Position numbers and translations under genes: made by a program
Part shown: piece by piece, positions 1 to 7,754 of the stretch
Numbering within the stretch: the first letter of the stretch is position 1
Layout of the letters: each line of letters starts with the position of its first letter
NCBI GenBank assembly: GCA_041662585.1
Contig: JBAZSG010000003.1
Coordinates: forward strand, 99,011 to 155,346
Length of the DNA stretch: 56,336 bases
Origin: Patescibacteria group bacterium
GTDB taxonomy: Bacteria > Patescibacteriota > Patescibacteriia > UBA1558 > GWA2-36-10
Direction of reading: 5' to 3'
The notes under the pieces: model-generated
What the model was told of the DNA's origin: nothing
The model's input: only the letters and a program-made list of their open reading frames with translations
The model's database searches: none

Positions 1-1562
1 CCAATAGCTCCTTGCTTTTTAGCCTCGGCTACGGACATTTCAGCAAAGCTGACAGTTAAACCAGTTTGTATTTGCTGATTGACAATATCTTCTACTTTTT
101 TTAGCTGCTCTAGAGTCATTGAGTCAGGGTGAGTAAAATCAAAGCGTAAACGTTCTTCATTGATATTACTACCACGTTGTTCTACATGATTACCTAATAC
201 ATTTCGCAAAGCTTGATGAAGAAGATGGGTAGCTGTGTGATAGCGAGTAGCCATGACGCTGTCATCAGCTAATCCACCTTTAAACATACCGGCGCTAGCT
301 GTTCTAGATAGTTCTTGATGTTTTTTAAACTCAGCTTCAAATTGAATTTTATTTATTTTGATATTATTTTCTTTGGCCAGTTCTTCAGTCATCTCTAATG
401 GAAAACCATAAGTAGAAAATAAAATAAAAGCAGTTTGACCATCAATATTTTTTTGTTTAGCAAATTCTCTAAGACCTTTGGTTAAGGTTTTGCCAAATTT
501 TTCTTCTTCTTTACTTAATTCATTAATTATAAAATTTTCATTTTGTTCCAATTCTGGATAATCAGTTTTATATAAATCAATAATTACTTCAGCTAACTCT
601 ACACAAAATTTATTTTGAATATTTATTATTTTGGCAAATCTAATAGCTCGTCTGATAAGCCTACGTAAAACATAGCCTTGGTCTTTGTTTGATGGAGCTA
701 TACCTCTAGGATCACCTAATATAAATACAGCAGATCTAATATGATCAGCAATTATTCTAAAAGCTTTTTTATCGTCTGTATATTTTTTATTGCTTAAATT
801 TTCTATTTTTTTAATTATTGGCTGAAATAATTCTGTAAGGTAGTTATCATCATAACCATTTAGTACGGCCAGTGTCCTTTCTAGGCCCATGCCAGTGTCT
901 ATATTTTTTTGCTTAAGGACTGTAAATTTTCCGTCTAGACTCTTGTCATATTGCATAATGACATTGTTCCAGATTTCTATCCATCTATTATCAGCTTCAT
1001 CAAAAATATCTGGTACTTTGTCTTGAGAGCTCCAAAAAAATATTTCAGTGTCTGGACCACATGGACCACTTTGTCCGGCTGGACCCCACCAATTGTCCTT
1101 TACTTTTTGAATCCTATTTTTATCTACACCCAAGTCAAGCCATATTTTTTCTGATTCACTATCATATTCAGGTACATCTTTGTTTCCAGCAAAAATAGAT
1201 ACAGCTAGTTTGGTTTTATCTAGTTTTAATATTTCAGTCAAAAATTCCCAAGAATAATTTATAGCTTCTTGTTTAAAATAATCTCCCAAGGACCAGTTGC
1301 CAAGCATTTCAAAAAAAGTATGATGAGTAGCATCGCCCACTTCTTCAATATCACCAGTCCTGACACATTTTTGGACACTTAGTAAACGCTGACCTTCTGG
1401 ATGTTTTTCCCCCATCAAATATGGTACTAGTGGATGCATACCAGCCGTAGTAAATAGGACGCTAGGGTCATTTTCTGGAATTAAAGAAGCGGAGCTTATC
1501 AAATGATGATTTTTACTCTGAAAATATTCAAAAAAATGTTTTTTTAATTGTCCGGAAGTCAT
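1..1562 (-). CDS. alaS: alanine--tRNA ligase, N-terminal ~520 codons (C-terminal part lies beyond the left edge)
   Basis: Not in the ORF track because it runs off the window. My minus-strand translation from ATG 1562-1560 reads MTSGQLKKHFFEYFQSKNHHLISSASLIPENDPSVLFTTAGMHPLVPYL. In frame at 1100-1041 it reads KDNWWGPAGQSGPCGPDTEI. Both are AlaRS class II hallmarks. Confidence 0.9.
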   Translation of the reverse strand, partial: MTSGQLKKHFFEYFQSKNHHLISSASLIPENDPSVLFTTAGMHPLVPYLMGEKHPEGQRLLSVQKCVRTGDIEEVGDATHHTFFEMLGNWSLGDYFKQEAINYSWEFLTEILKLDKTKLAVSIFAGNKDVPEYDSESEKIWLDLGVDKNRIQKVKDNWWGPAGQSGPCGPDTEIFFWSSQDKVPDIFDEADNRWIEIWNNVIMQYDKSLDGKFTVLKQKNIDTGMGLERTLAVLNGYDDNYLTELFQPIIKKIENLSNKKYTDDKKAFRIIADHIRSAVFILGDPRGIAPSNKDQGYVLRRLIRRAIRFAKIINIQNKFCVELAEVIIDLYKTDYPELEQNENFIINELSKEEEKFGKTLTKGLREFAKQKNIDGQTAFILFSTYGFPLEMTEELAKENNIKINKIQFEAEFKKHQELSRTASAGMFKGGLADDSVMATRYHTATHLLHQALRNVLGNHVEQRGSNINEERLRFDFTHPDSMTLEQLKKVEDIVNQQIQTGLTVSFAEMSVAEAKKQGAI

Positions 1563-1597
1563 ATAAATATAGTATATTTTAAGCTAAATTCTTATAT

Positions 1598-1626
1598 ATT
1601 TTAGTAAATTTAAGCTAAAAAGTCAA
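1598..1626 (-). promoter_or_regulatory. sigma70-like promoter for alaS (TTGACT-17 nt-TAAAAT)
   Basis: The minus strand reads TTGACT (1626-1621), a 17-nt spacer, then TAAAAT (1603-1598). This lies about 36 nt upstream of the alaS ATG and downstream of the RNA-gene terminator. Confidence 0.4.
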
Positions 1627-1641
1627 TCTAAAAAATTTTAA

Positions 1642-1910
1642 ATAAAAAAAGAAGCCCGACCTATGAGAGCGCCGGGCTTTTGGAGAACTACTGGGTTGCG
1701 TAGCCAGTTAAAGTTTAGTGGTCCGAAGGTGGACCACTGTGACACGAAAAAGGGGGTCCAATGAACACTGGAAAAAAGGGGTCCAGAACACTGGAAAAGT
1801 TTGCTGTCCTATACGAATGGACAGCTATACTACCTGCGAAGGCCAATAGTTCTCCAGAACTGCAATGAAACAAGAGTTTCAGTCCTGATAAATCAAGACT
1901 TAGACTCTTC
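1642..1910 (-). ncRNA. structured RNA of unrecognised class (~270 nt) with its own promoter and terminator
   Basis: G+C-rich patch in AT-rich DNA. A 13-bp closing helix (1855-1843 with 1694-1682) encloses four hairpins, including a tandem repeated hairpin motif. An upstream promoter and a downstream intrinsic terminator are present. The 76-aa ORF here (1715-1945) looks spurious. Confidence 0.55.
1644..1679 (-). terminator. intrinsic terminator of the RNA gene
   Basis: The minus strand reads AAAAGCCCGGC-GCUCUCAUAG-GUCGGGCUU followed by a U-rich tail (CTTTTTTTATTT). Confidence 0.7.
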
Positions 1911-1916
1911 ATAAAA

Positions 1917-1945
1917 AGCTTATAACAAAGTAAGAAACTTGTCAA
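1917..1945 (-). promoter_or_regulatory. sigma70-like promoter of the RNA gene
   Basis: The minus strand has TTGACA (1945-1940) and TAAGCT at 17-nt spacing. TATAAG at 15 nt is an alternative -10. Confidence 0.45.
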
Positions 1946-2033
1946 TAGAGTTTATTTGACAGTATAAGCCAATTATAGTAAAAATAGCTCATATAATGAT
2001 CTTTTAATCTTGCAACCTAGTTAGGAGCTTATA

Positions 2034-2732
2034 ATGCTTATTTTTGAATGGCTCTATCAAAAAATAGGGTACTTTGTCCATATATTCATACTAGAAAGTG
2101 CTGATAGATATATTGTCCGCTTTGACAATCATATGTCCAAACAGGGCAAACAATATATCAAAAAAGCTTATATTTTAGCTATGAAAATCCATTATGGACA
2201 GTACCGCGGAGATGGCGTTACTTCCTATTTTACCCACTGCTTGGATGTGGGCAATTATATCAGCGTCGAGCTTGGTATAAAAAATAATTGGGAAATTAAT
2301 GCTAGTGCTCTGCTGCACGACACAGTAGAAGACGGAGACATAAGTATAGATACGATCAAAAAGATTTTTGGCTCAGTAGTTGCTCATTGGACTGACTTGA
2401 TGACCAAGACAGAAAATAAAGCAACTTACATTCCTAGAATGTTAAGAGCCAAAATAATTGAGGTGTTTATCCTCAAGCTTAGTGATCGTGTCGTCAATCT
2501 ACGCACCTTAGGTATGAAGGCTGAACCAGAGTTTCAGATAAGGCAAATCAATGAAACAATAGAGATATTTTTGCCTATGGCAGACCTCTTGATTGATTTG
2601 ATTGCCAAATCTGAAAAATGGCAAAACAGAAAATACATTGGTCTTCACATCAAAGCTGCTTTGGAAAATCAGATACTTTCTTTTCGTGCCGAGTTTGGTG
2701 ATCGTATCATTTCTATCACCGATGACCACTAA
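2034..2732 (+). CDS. RelA/SpoT-type HD-domain (p)ppGpp pyrophosphohydrolase-like protein (small alarmone hydrolase type)
   Basis: HD hydrolase motifs are present: YFTHCLDVGNY, ALLHDTVEDG and LKLSDRVVNLRTLG (compare KLADRLHNMRTL). AGGAG lies 6 nt before ATG 2034. An alternative start is ATG 2133. G+C is visibly above the local background. Confidence 0.75.
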   Translation: MLIFEWLYQKIGYFVHIFILESADRYIVRFDNHMSKQGKQYIKKAYILAMKIHYGQYRGDGVTSYFTHCLDVGNYISVELGIKNNWEINASALLHDTVEDGDISIDTIKKIFGSVVAHWTDLMTKTENKATYIPRMLRAKIIEVFILKLSDRVVNLRTLGMKAEPEFQIRQINETIEIFLPMADLLIDLIAKSEKWQNRKYIGLHIKAALENQILSFRAEFGDRIISITDDH

Positions 2733-2736
2733 AATA

Positions 2737-2763
2737 CCTCGCAGGTTGTAAAAATTTGCGAGG
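2737..2763. terminator. hairpin between convergent genes (CCTCGCA...TGCGAGG)
   Basis: A 7-bp GC-rich stem lies between the stop codons at 2732 (+) and 2772 (-). It is followed by TGATTTATTT on the plus strand. Confidence 0.5.
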
Positions 2764-2771
2764 TGATTTAT

Positions 2772-3167
2772 TTATAAACAATCTTTGGCTTTGAACAAAT
2801 CAATAGCCGATGGAATAGCTCCATTTACTATTTCAGTAGTTCTGTCTTGACCCAATTTTTCAATAAAACACTTAGACATGGCTGGTGTAATTTCTGTTGG
2901 CAAACTAGCTACATCTACACCCATGTCATACAAAACTTTTTCTTGTTGATCTGGAATTAAAGGATTATTATAATTTGAAGCTTCGTAAGGAACTCTATCT
3001 TCTTTTGGTATTGCTTTATAACCATCAATTTGTTTACTCAAATAACTGTTGATAGCATTGGCAATCAATTTGTCTCTGGAGTTAGCTGGATTAAAAACAA
3101 AAATAATAATCAATCCTAAGATAACTAGTAGTACTAGTATTCCTAAAAATTGAAGAATTTTTTTCAT
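2772..3167 (-). CDS. hypothetical membrane-anchored protein (N-terminal TM helix, extracytoplasmic C-domain with 2 Cys)
   Basis: 131-aa ORF with ATG start and N-terminus MKKILQFLGILVLLVILGLIIIFVF. No family recognised. Confidence 0.6.
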   Translation of the reverse strand: MKKILQFLGILVLLVILGLIIIFVFNPANSRDKLIANAINSYLSKQIDGYKAIPKEDRVPYEASNYNNPLIPDQQEKVLYDMGVDVASLPTEITPAMSKCFIEKLGQDRTTEIVNGAIPSAIDLFKAKDCL

Positions 3168-3243
3168 ATATTTACTTTAATAATCTTATTGGCATTATAT
3201 CATATACTATCAAAAATAAAATATATCCAGTATAATATAAGCT

Positions 3244-3753
3244 ATGAGAGTACCCATTAGAAAAGGTGGACAATATACCAATATGAAAGACGATCCTGTC
3301 ATGACTCAGGGCAAATTTGATGAACTCAAAAAAACTTTAGAAAAGCTAAAAAAAGACATTCAACCTAAAATGGCTGAAGAAGTAAAAAGACTAGCTTTGA
3401 TGGGTGATTTTTCAGAAAATGCAGCTTATCAAATAGCCAAAGGAAGACTTCGTTTTACCAATTCTAAAATAGAAAATATCACCAAGCAAATTGCCGAAGC
3501 AAATATTATCAAGATCAACAAAAATAAAAATGTTATTGAAATTGGTAGCTTGGTGACTGTAAAAATAGATCAAGAAATAAAAAAATATCATATTTTGGGT
3601 TCCTCAGAAACAGATCCTAGCAAAGGTAAGATTTCTTATCAATCGCCTTTGGGTGCAGCTTTTTTAAATAAAAAAATTGATGAAATTGTTGAAATAAAAA
3701 TAAATGGACAAATAACTAAGTACCAAATAATAGCTATAGACTATCAAATTTGA
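3244..3753 (+). CDS. greA: transcription elongation factor GreA-family paralog with N-terminal extension
   Basis: The Gre coiled-coil tip GDFSENAAY retains the acidic D/E pair. The C-terminal domain carries GSSETDPSKGKISYQSPLGAAFLNKK. TATAAT lies 9 nt upstream of the ATG, so the mRNA may be leaderless. Confidence 0.8.
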   Translation: MRVPIRKGGQYTNMKDDPVMTQGKFDELKKTLEKLKKDIQPKMAEEVKRLALMGDFSENAAYQIAKGRLRFTNSKIENITKQIAEANIIKINKNKNVIEIGSLVTVKIDQEIKKYHILGSSETDPSKGKISYQSPLGAAFLNKKIDEIVEIKINGQITKYQIIAIDYQI

Positions 3754-3829
3754 CCAATATTTATAGCTGTGTTTAAATATTAGTAATAAAAGAACCTTTC
3801 ATCATCAATCCAAACCATAGGAGTATCTT

Positions 3830-4282
3830 ATGAGCAACAATGTACGGCGTTCACTGGCTGACGTGTCCTCCTTTTGGAGTTCAATACGTCATGACGGCAT
3901 GAATCTGACGATGGTTGTTATATATTTGGGGCTTTGCCTCATTTACCTTACGGCTGATTTCGATGCCGAAATCGACTGGAAAATCAAACTACTTCCAGAA
4001 ATAATGCTTGTAGGCATAGCAGTTCTCGCGCTTCTGAGCAAAATCACCGATCCTCTGTTTCAAATGCTTTTCCCGTGGCCACAAATCGGTCCTGGTAAAA
4101 CCAAGATCAGGCAAGTTTCCTGGATTTCCAAAGCCCTACTCATCAATGGGTATCGGCCACTCTATCTGTTGTTATCCGTGAACCCCTTTAACTGGTGGTT
4201 CACGAAGCTGAACGAAAGCCCATACTTGTATAACAAGCGTCGGGCAGCTCGAGCAGCTGCTAAAAAGGCCAAAAAAAGTTGA
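3830..4282 (+). CDS. hypothetical membrane protein (2 predicted TM helices, Lys/Ala-rich C-tail), compositionally atypical
   Basis: 150-aa ORF. Three 60-nt lines I counted contain 31, 24 and 27 G+C, against 16 of 60 in a neighbouring greA line. Confidence 0.6.
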   Translation: MSNNVRRSLADVSSFWSSIRHDGMNLTMVVIYLGLCLIYLTADFDAEIDWKIKLLPEIMLVGIAVLALLSKITDPLFQMLFPWPQIGPGKTKIRQVSWISKALLINGYRPLYLLLSVNPFNWWFTKLNESPYLYNKRRAARAAAKKAKKS

Positions 4283-4305
4283 GTCAGCAGAAGACCAAAA
4301 AAAAA

Positions 4306-4327
4306 TAGACCGAGCACCCTCGGTCTA
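4306..4327. terminator. bidirectional intrinsic terminator (TAGACCGAG-cacc-CTCGGTCTA)
   Basis: A perfect 9-bp stem, preceded by A9 on the plus strand (a U-run on the minus strand) and followed by TTAAAATATT. It sits between convergent genes. Confidence 0.7.
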
Positions 4328-4346
4328 TTAAAATATTCAAAATAAG

Positions 4347-4547
4347 CTAAAAACCAGCGTAAGAACTCGTTATTGTATTCATCATACTAGGTAATACAAA
4401 AGCTAAAATAATAAGCGGTATCACAAATAAAGCCACGGTTATGATCAAGCTCCATTTAATCATCGTTTTGGCTGCATTCATGGCTTTGTATATCTCGTCT
4501 ATCTTTGATTCCATGATTTGTATTTTTTTGTAAAATTCTTCATCCAT
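4347..4547 (-). CDS. small hypothetical membrane protein (one C-terminal TM helix)
   Basis: The ORF-track start at 4562 is TTG. I trimmed it to ATG 4547 (MDEEFYKK...), which removes the overlap with the upstream gene. Confidence 0.5.
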   Translation of the reverse strand: MDEEFYKKIQIMESKIDEIYKAMNAAKTMIKWSLIITVALFVIPLIILAFVLPSMMNTITSSYAGF

Positions 4548-4551
4548 ATAT

Positions 4552-5184
4552 TTATTTATCAAATGAAAAGCTATTTACTACTTTCTCAAAGATAGCTTCG
4601 TTTTTTGCATCACTATCAAGCATTTGATAAATTATCCTGAAAGTCATATCGCCTTTTGTAAAAAGATATTGAATTGTTTTTGTATCGGAAGTTTGTAATT
4701 CAAATCTAGTGGCTGATTGCCCAGCAATATTTACATCTTTACTAGCATAGGCACTCATATCTTTTTTTAACTCTGCTAAATCAAAACTTGATTTTTCCAC
4801 AACAATTCTTCCCAAATATTGGGACCCAAGACCAAGTAAAGGCACTTTATCCAATATCAAATAATCATCAATTGCTTCATTGAGACCAGCTTTGGTCAAT
4901 TCATTTTTCATAAAATGTCGCCAATACCATTTTTCTGGTATTAAAATTTTATAGCCAATTGCTTTGTTTTCATAAGATTGATAATTAATCTCCGTGCCAT
5001 CTGTCACATCATTATTTTGAAGATTATCTGAATCAATCACTTCTGAATCAGTATTGGAATTTTCATTGACATTGATAGTTGCTGAATCATCTTCGTTGGT
5101 ATTTATATTAGCTGTGTTTTTTGCAGTACAAGCTGCTCCGATTAATAATGGAACAAATAGTACAAAAAGTAATATTTTTTTCAT
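4552..5184 (-). CDS. putative lipoprotein, unknown function
   Basis: Signal peptide with a lipobox-like LLIGAAC, followed by an Asn/Asp-rich linker. Confidence 0.65.
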   Translation of the reverse strand: MKKILLFVLFVPLLIGAACTAKNTANINTNEDDSATINVNENSNTDSEVIDSDNLQNNDVTDGTEINYQSYENKAIGYKILIPEKWYWRHFMKNELTKAGLNEAIDDYLILDKVPLLGLGSQYLGRIVVEKSSFDLAELKKDMSAYASKDVNIAGQSATRFELQTSDTKTIQYLFTKGDMTFRIIYQMLDSDAKNEAIFEKVVNSFSFDK

Positions 5185-5226
5185 AGTTTTTATTTAATTT
5201 TTATAATTTTTTATATGTTGACTGTC

Positions 5227-6756
5227 TTATTCCCACTCTACAGTACCTGGTGGCTTGGAAGTAATATCATATAATACCCTGTTTATACCCTTTACTTCAT
5301 TGGTAATTCTAACAGAAATTTTTTTCAATAATGCATGTGGCAATACTGTCCAATCGGCAGTCATAAAATCTATAGTACTGACAGCTCGAATAATTATTGG
5401 ATAACCATAAGTTCTAGAATCTCCTTGTACACCAACTGACTTTATACTTGGCAATACTGCAAAATATTGTTGAGATTTTTTATCAAAACCAGTATGTTCT
5501 ATTTCTTCTCTAGCAATCCAATCAGCTTTTCTGAGCATAGTTAGCTTGTCTTTAGTAATTTCGCCAATTATTCGTACGGCCAAGCCTGGTCCTGGAAAAG
5601 GTTGTCTTTGTACTACAGATTTTGGTAAGCCCAATAACTTGCCTATACGTCTTACTTCGTCTTTGTACAAATAACGAAAAGGCTCAATCAAAGTAAAACC
5701 AAATTTTTTTGGCAAGCCACCTACATTGTGATGAGATTTTATGACAGATGCTTTCTTACCAATACTGACTCCAGAAGTGATAACATCCGTATACAAAGTA
5801 CCTTGTACCAACCATTTTACGCCACCTATTTTTTTGGCTTCTTTTTCAAATATTCTAATAAACAATTCGCCAATTATTTTTCTTTTCTTTTCCGGATCAC
5901 TTACTCCTTTTAATTTGCTTAAAAAAAGTTTTTCTGCTCGAATTACTTTTAGGTTAATTTTTTGATAAGACTTAAAAGTTTTTATTATTTGTGCTACTTC
6001 ATTTAGACGCATCATACCAGTATCTACAAAGATGCAATAAAGTTTTTTGTCTATCGCTTTGTTCACCAATGTAGCAGCTACTGATGAATCCACTCCTCCT
6101 GATAAAGCACAAACTACTTTATCTTTTCCTACTTTATTTCGAATATCTTTTATTTGTAGCTTTACAAAATCTTTCATAGACCAAGTAATTTTGGCCTGGC
6201 TTATTTTTAAAAAATTACTAATGATTTTATTGCCATTTTTGGTATGAGAAACCTCGGGATGAAATTGCAGACAATAGATATTTTTTTTCTCATTTGACAT
6301 CGCTGTAATTTTGCAATTACTAGAACTAGCGTCAACCGAAAAACCTTTTGGTACTATAGTGACTTGATCGCCATGAGACATCCAAGTAAGCTGATGTCTT
6401 GATAGTGCTTTAAATAACTTATTTTGTTTTATAATATTTATTTCTGCTGGACCATATTCACTATATTTAGCTTTACTTACTTGGCCACCAAATTCATGAG
6501 CAATCAGCTGCATGCCATAGCATATTCCTAGTATTGGTACAGCTAAATCAAAAATACCTTTATCAATTTTTAATGAGGCGGTGCTTGAAATATTTTGTGG
6601 TCCACCAGAGAGTATTATGCCTTTGGCGTTTAATAGATCCTTTGTTTTGGTATTATAAGGTACCAATTCAGCATAAACACCAAAATCTCTTATACGTCGT
6701 ACTATTAAGTGTGAGTATTGGGAACCAAAATCCAAAACATATATAGTATCTTGCAT
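5227..6756 (-). CDS. guaA: GMP synthase (glutamine-hydrolysing)
   Basis: GATase motif ILGICYGMQL, ATP-PPase motif SGGVDSSV, and the C-terminal ...PPGTVEWE. Position 6783 is a TTG extension, and ATG 6756 removes the overlap with add. Confidence 0.93.
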   Translation of the reverse strand: MQDTIYVLDFGSQYSHLIVRRIRDFGVYAELVPYNTKTKDLLNAKGIILSGGPQNISSTASLKIDKGIFDLAVPILGICYGMQLIAHEFGGQVSKAKYSEYGPAEINIIKQNKLFKALSRHQLTWMSHGDQVTIVPKGFSVDASSSNCKITAMSNEKKNIYCLQFHPEVSHTKNGNKIISNFLKISQAKITWSMKDFVKLQIKDIRNKVGKDKVVCALSGGVDSSVAATLVNKAIDKKLYCIFVDTGMMRLNEVAQIIKTFKSYQKINLKVIRAEKLFLSKLKGVSDPEKKRKIIGELFIRIFEKEAKKIGGVKWLVQGTLYTDVITSGVSIGKKASVIKSHHNVGGLPKKFGFTLIEPFRYLYKDEVRRIGKLLGLPKSVVQRQPFPGPGLAVRIIGEITKDKLTMLRKADWIAREEIEHTGFDKKSQQYFAVLPSIKSVGVQGDSRTYGYPIIIRAVSTIDFMTADWTVLPHALLKKISVRITNEVKGINRVLYDITSKPPGTVEWE

Positions 6757-6760
6757 CTTC

Positions 6761-7750
6761 TTATTTGATAAAAGTGCCTTCAAAAGCCCATTTAGTAGCT
6801 TGTCTTATTTGCGCTGGGCTAAGAATTTTATTTTTGATAAGTAAAGTCTGTTCTTGACAAATATTTGATTTATACATTTCGGGACCATCAGTATTGATAG
6901 TAAATTTTATATTATTTTTTAAGTATATTTTAAATATTTTTCTAAGCTCAGCTATATCTTTGACAATGCTATTTCTCAAATTGGATGTTGGACATGCTTC
7001 AAGTATTATATTTTGAGCCACAATGTCTTGCATCAATTTTTTATCTTTTACACAAAGTAATCCCTGTCCTATTCTTTCTGGTTTTATTTCTCGAACTACA
7101 TACCTCATTTCATCCAAACTTCCTTCTTCGCCAGTATGAATTGTAATACCAAGACCAGCTGCCCTAGCCTCTTTGAATAAATGAGCGTGTTTTTTCATAG
7201 AAAATGATTTTCTTTGTGGTCCACCAATATCTATACCCACTATGCCTTTATTTTTATAACGAATGGCCTTTTTTGTAATTATAGCGTTTTGTTCATAAGT
7301 AAGAGATCTGTCCATCATCAATATAATGCCAGCCTTGACTTGAGGATATTCTAACATTGCTCTATCTAAGCCCCATAATGCAGAAACAATAATATGATCA
7401 AGATCTTTTTCTCCTCCCCGATTTCTAAACATCGGATTAAATCTCAACTCCTGAAGAATAATATTGCATTTTCTATAGCCACCACCAATGACACTACTGA
7501 CAGCATCTTCAATTGCCTTGGGAGATGATTGTATCAGTTCTGTCCAATGAAAAAAATTGTTGTGCATATCATCCAAGCTTTTATTACGTTCTGCTCCGGC
7601 CATAGTAACCATATCTTCAAAATCCCAATAATCTTTGCTGGGCAAACGGATACCATGTTGATGAGCTATAGACCAAAGTATGGCTGGAGCAACCGATGAG
7701 CCAAGATGAGCATGTAATTCAGCTCTTTTAGTTGTATTTCTGGTTGACAT
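6761..7750 (-). CDS. add: adenosine/adenine deaminase family metallohydrolase
   Basis: ELHAHLGSS (metal-binding HxH) near the N-terminus, HTGE, and TINTDGP near the C-terminus. Confidence 0.85.
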   Translation of the reverse strand: MSTRNTTKRAELHAHLGSSVAPAILWSIAHQHGIRLPSKDYWDFEDMVTMAGAERNKSLDDMHNNFFHWTELIQSSPKAIEDAVSSVIGGGYRKCNIILQELRFNPMFRNRGGEKDLDHIIVSALWGLDRAMLEYPQVKAGIILMMDRSLTYEQNAIITKKAIRYKNKGIVGIDIGGPQRKSFSMKKHAHLFKEARAAGLGITIHTGEEGSLDEMRYVVREIKPERIGQGLLCVKDKKLMQDIVAQNIILEACPTSNLRNSIVKDIAELRKIFKIYLKNNIKFTINTDGPEMYKSNICQEQTLLIKNKILSPAQIRQATKWAFEGTFIK

Positions 7751-7754
7751 ATAT

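Noticed and set aside
951-1154. 67-aa plus-strand ORF
   Set aside because: It is antisense to the well-conserved alaS coding region, which makes it a typical shadow ORF.
1715-1945. 76-aa minus-strand ORF from the track (MTSFLLCYKLFMKSL...)
   Set aside because: It lies entirely inside the hairpin-rich RNA gene. It has no SD, its composition is odd, and its reading frame runs through the stems and repeated motif. A structured RNA explains the G+C bias better.
1642-1945. T-box riboswitch leader for alaS, or SRP, 6S or tmRNA identity for the RNA
   Set aside because: I could not find the T-box sequence (…GGGUGGNACCGCG…) or an antiterminator alternative to the terminator. alaS also has its own promoter after the terminator. 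The RNA has no GGAA/AGCAG domain IV motif (SRP) and no GGGG…CCACCA tRNA-like ends (tmRNA). Its multi-hairpin junction is unlike the 6S rod. An Rfam scan is still needed.
6757-6783. N-terminal extensions in the ORF track that begin with TTG: guaA 6783, uppS 23589, lepA 32623, DUF4012 36624, lipoprotein 53235, holB 54265, and small ORFs 4562, 30752 and 50242
   Set aside because: In each case the first codon is TTG (not checked for 50242) and an ATG lies a few codons downstream. That ATG matches the usual family N-terminus and/or removes an overlap with the upstream gene, so I report the ATG starts. These remain predictions.
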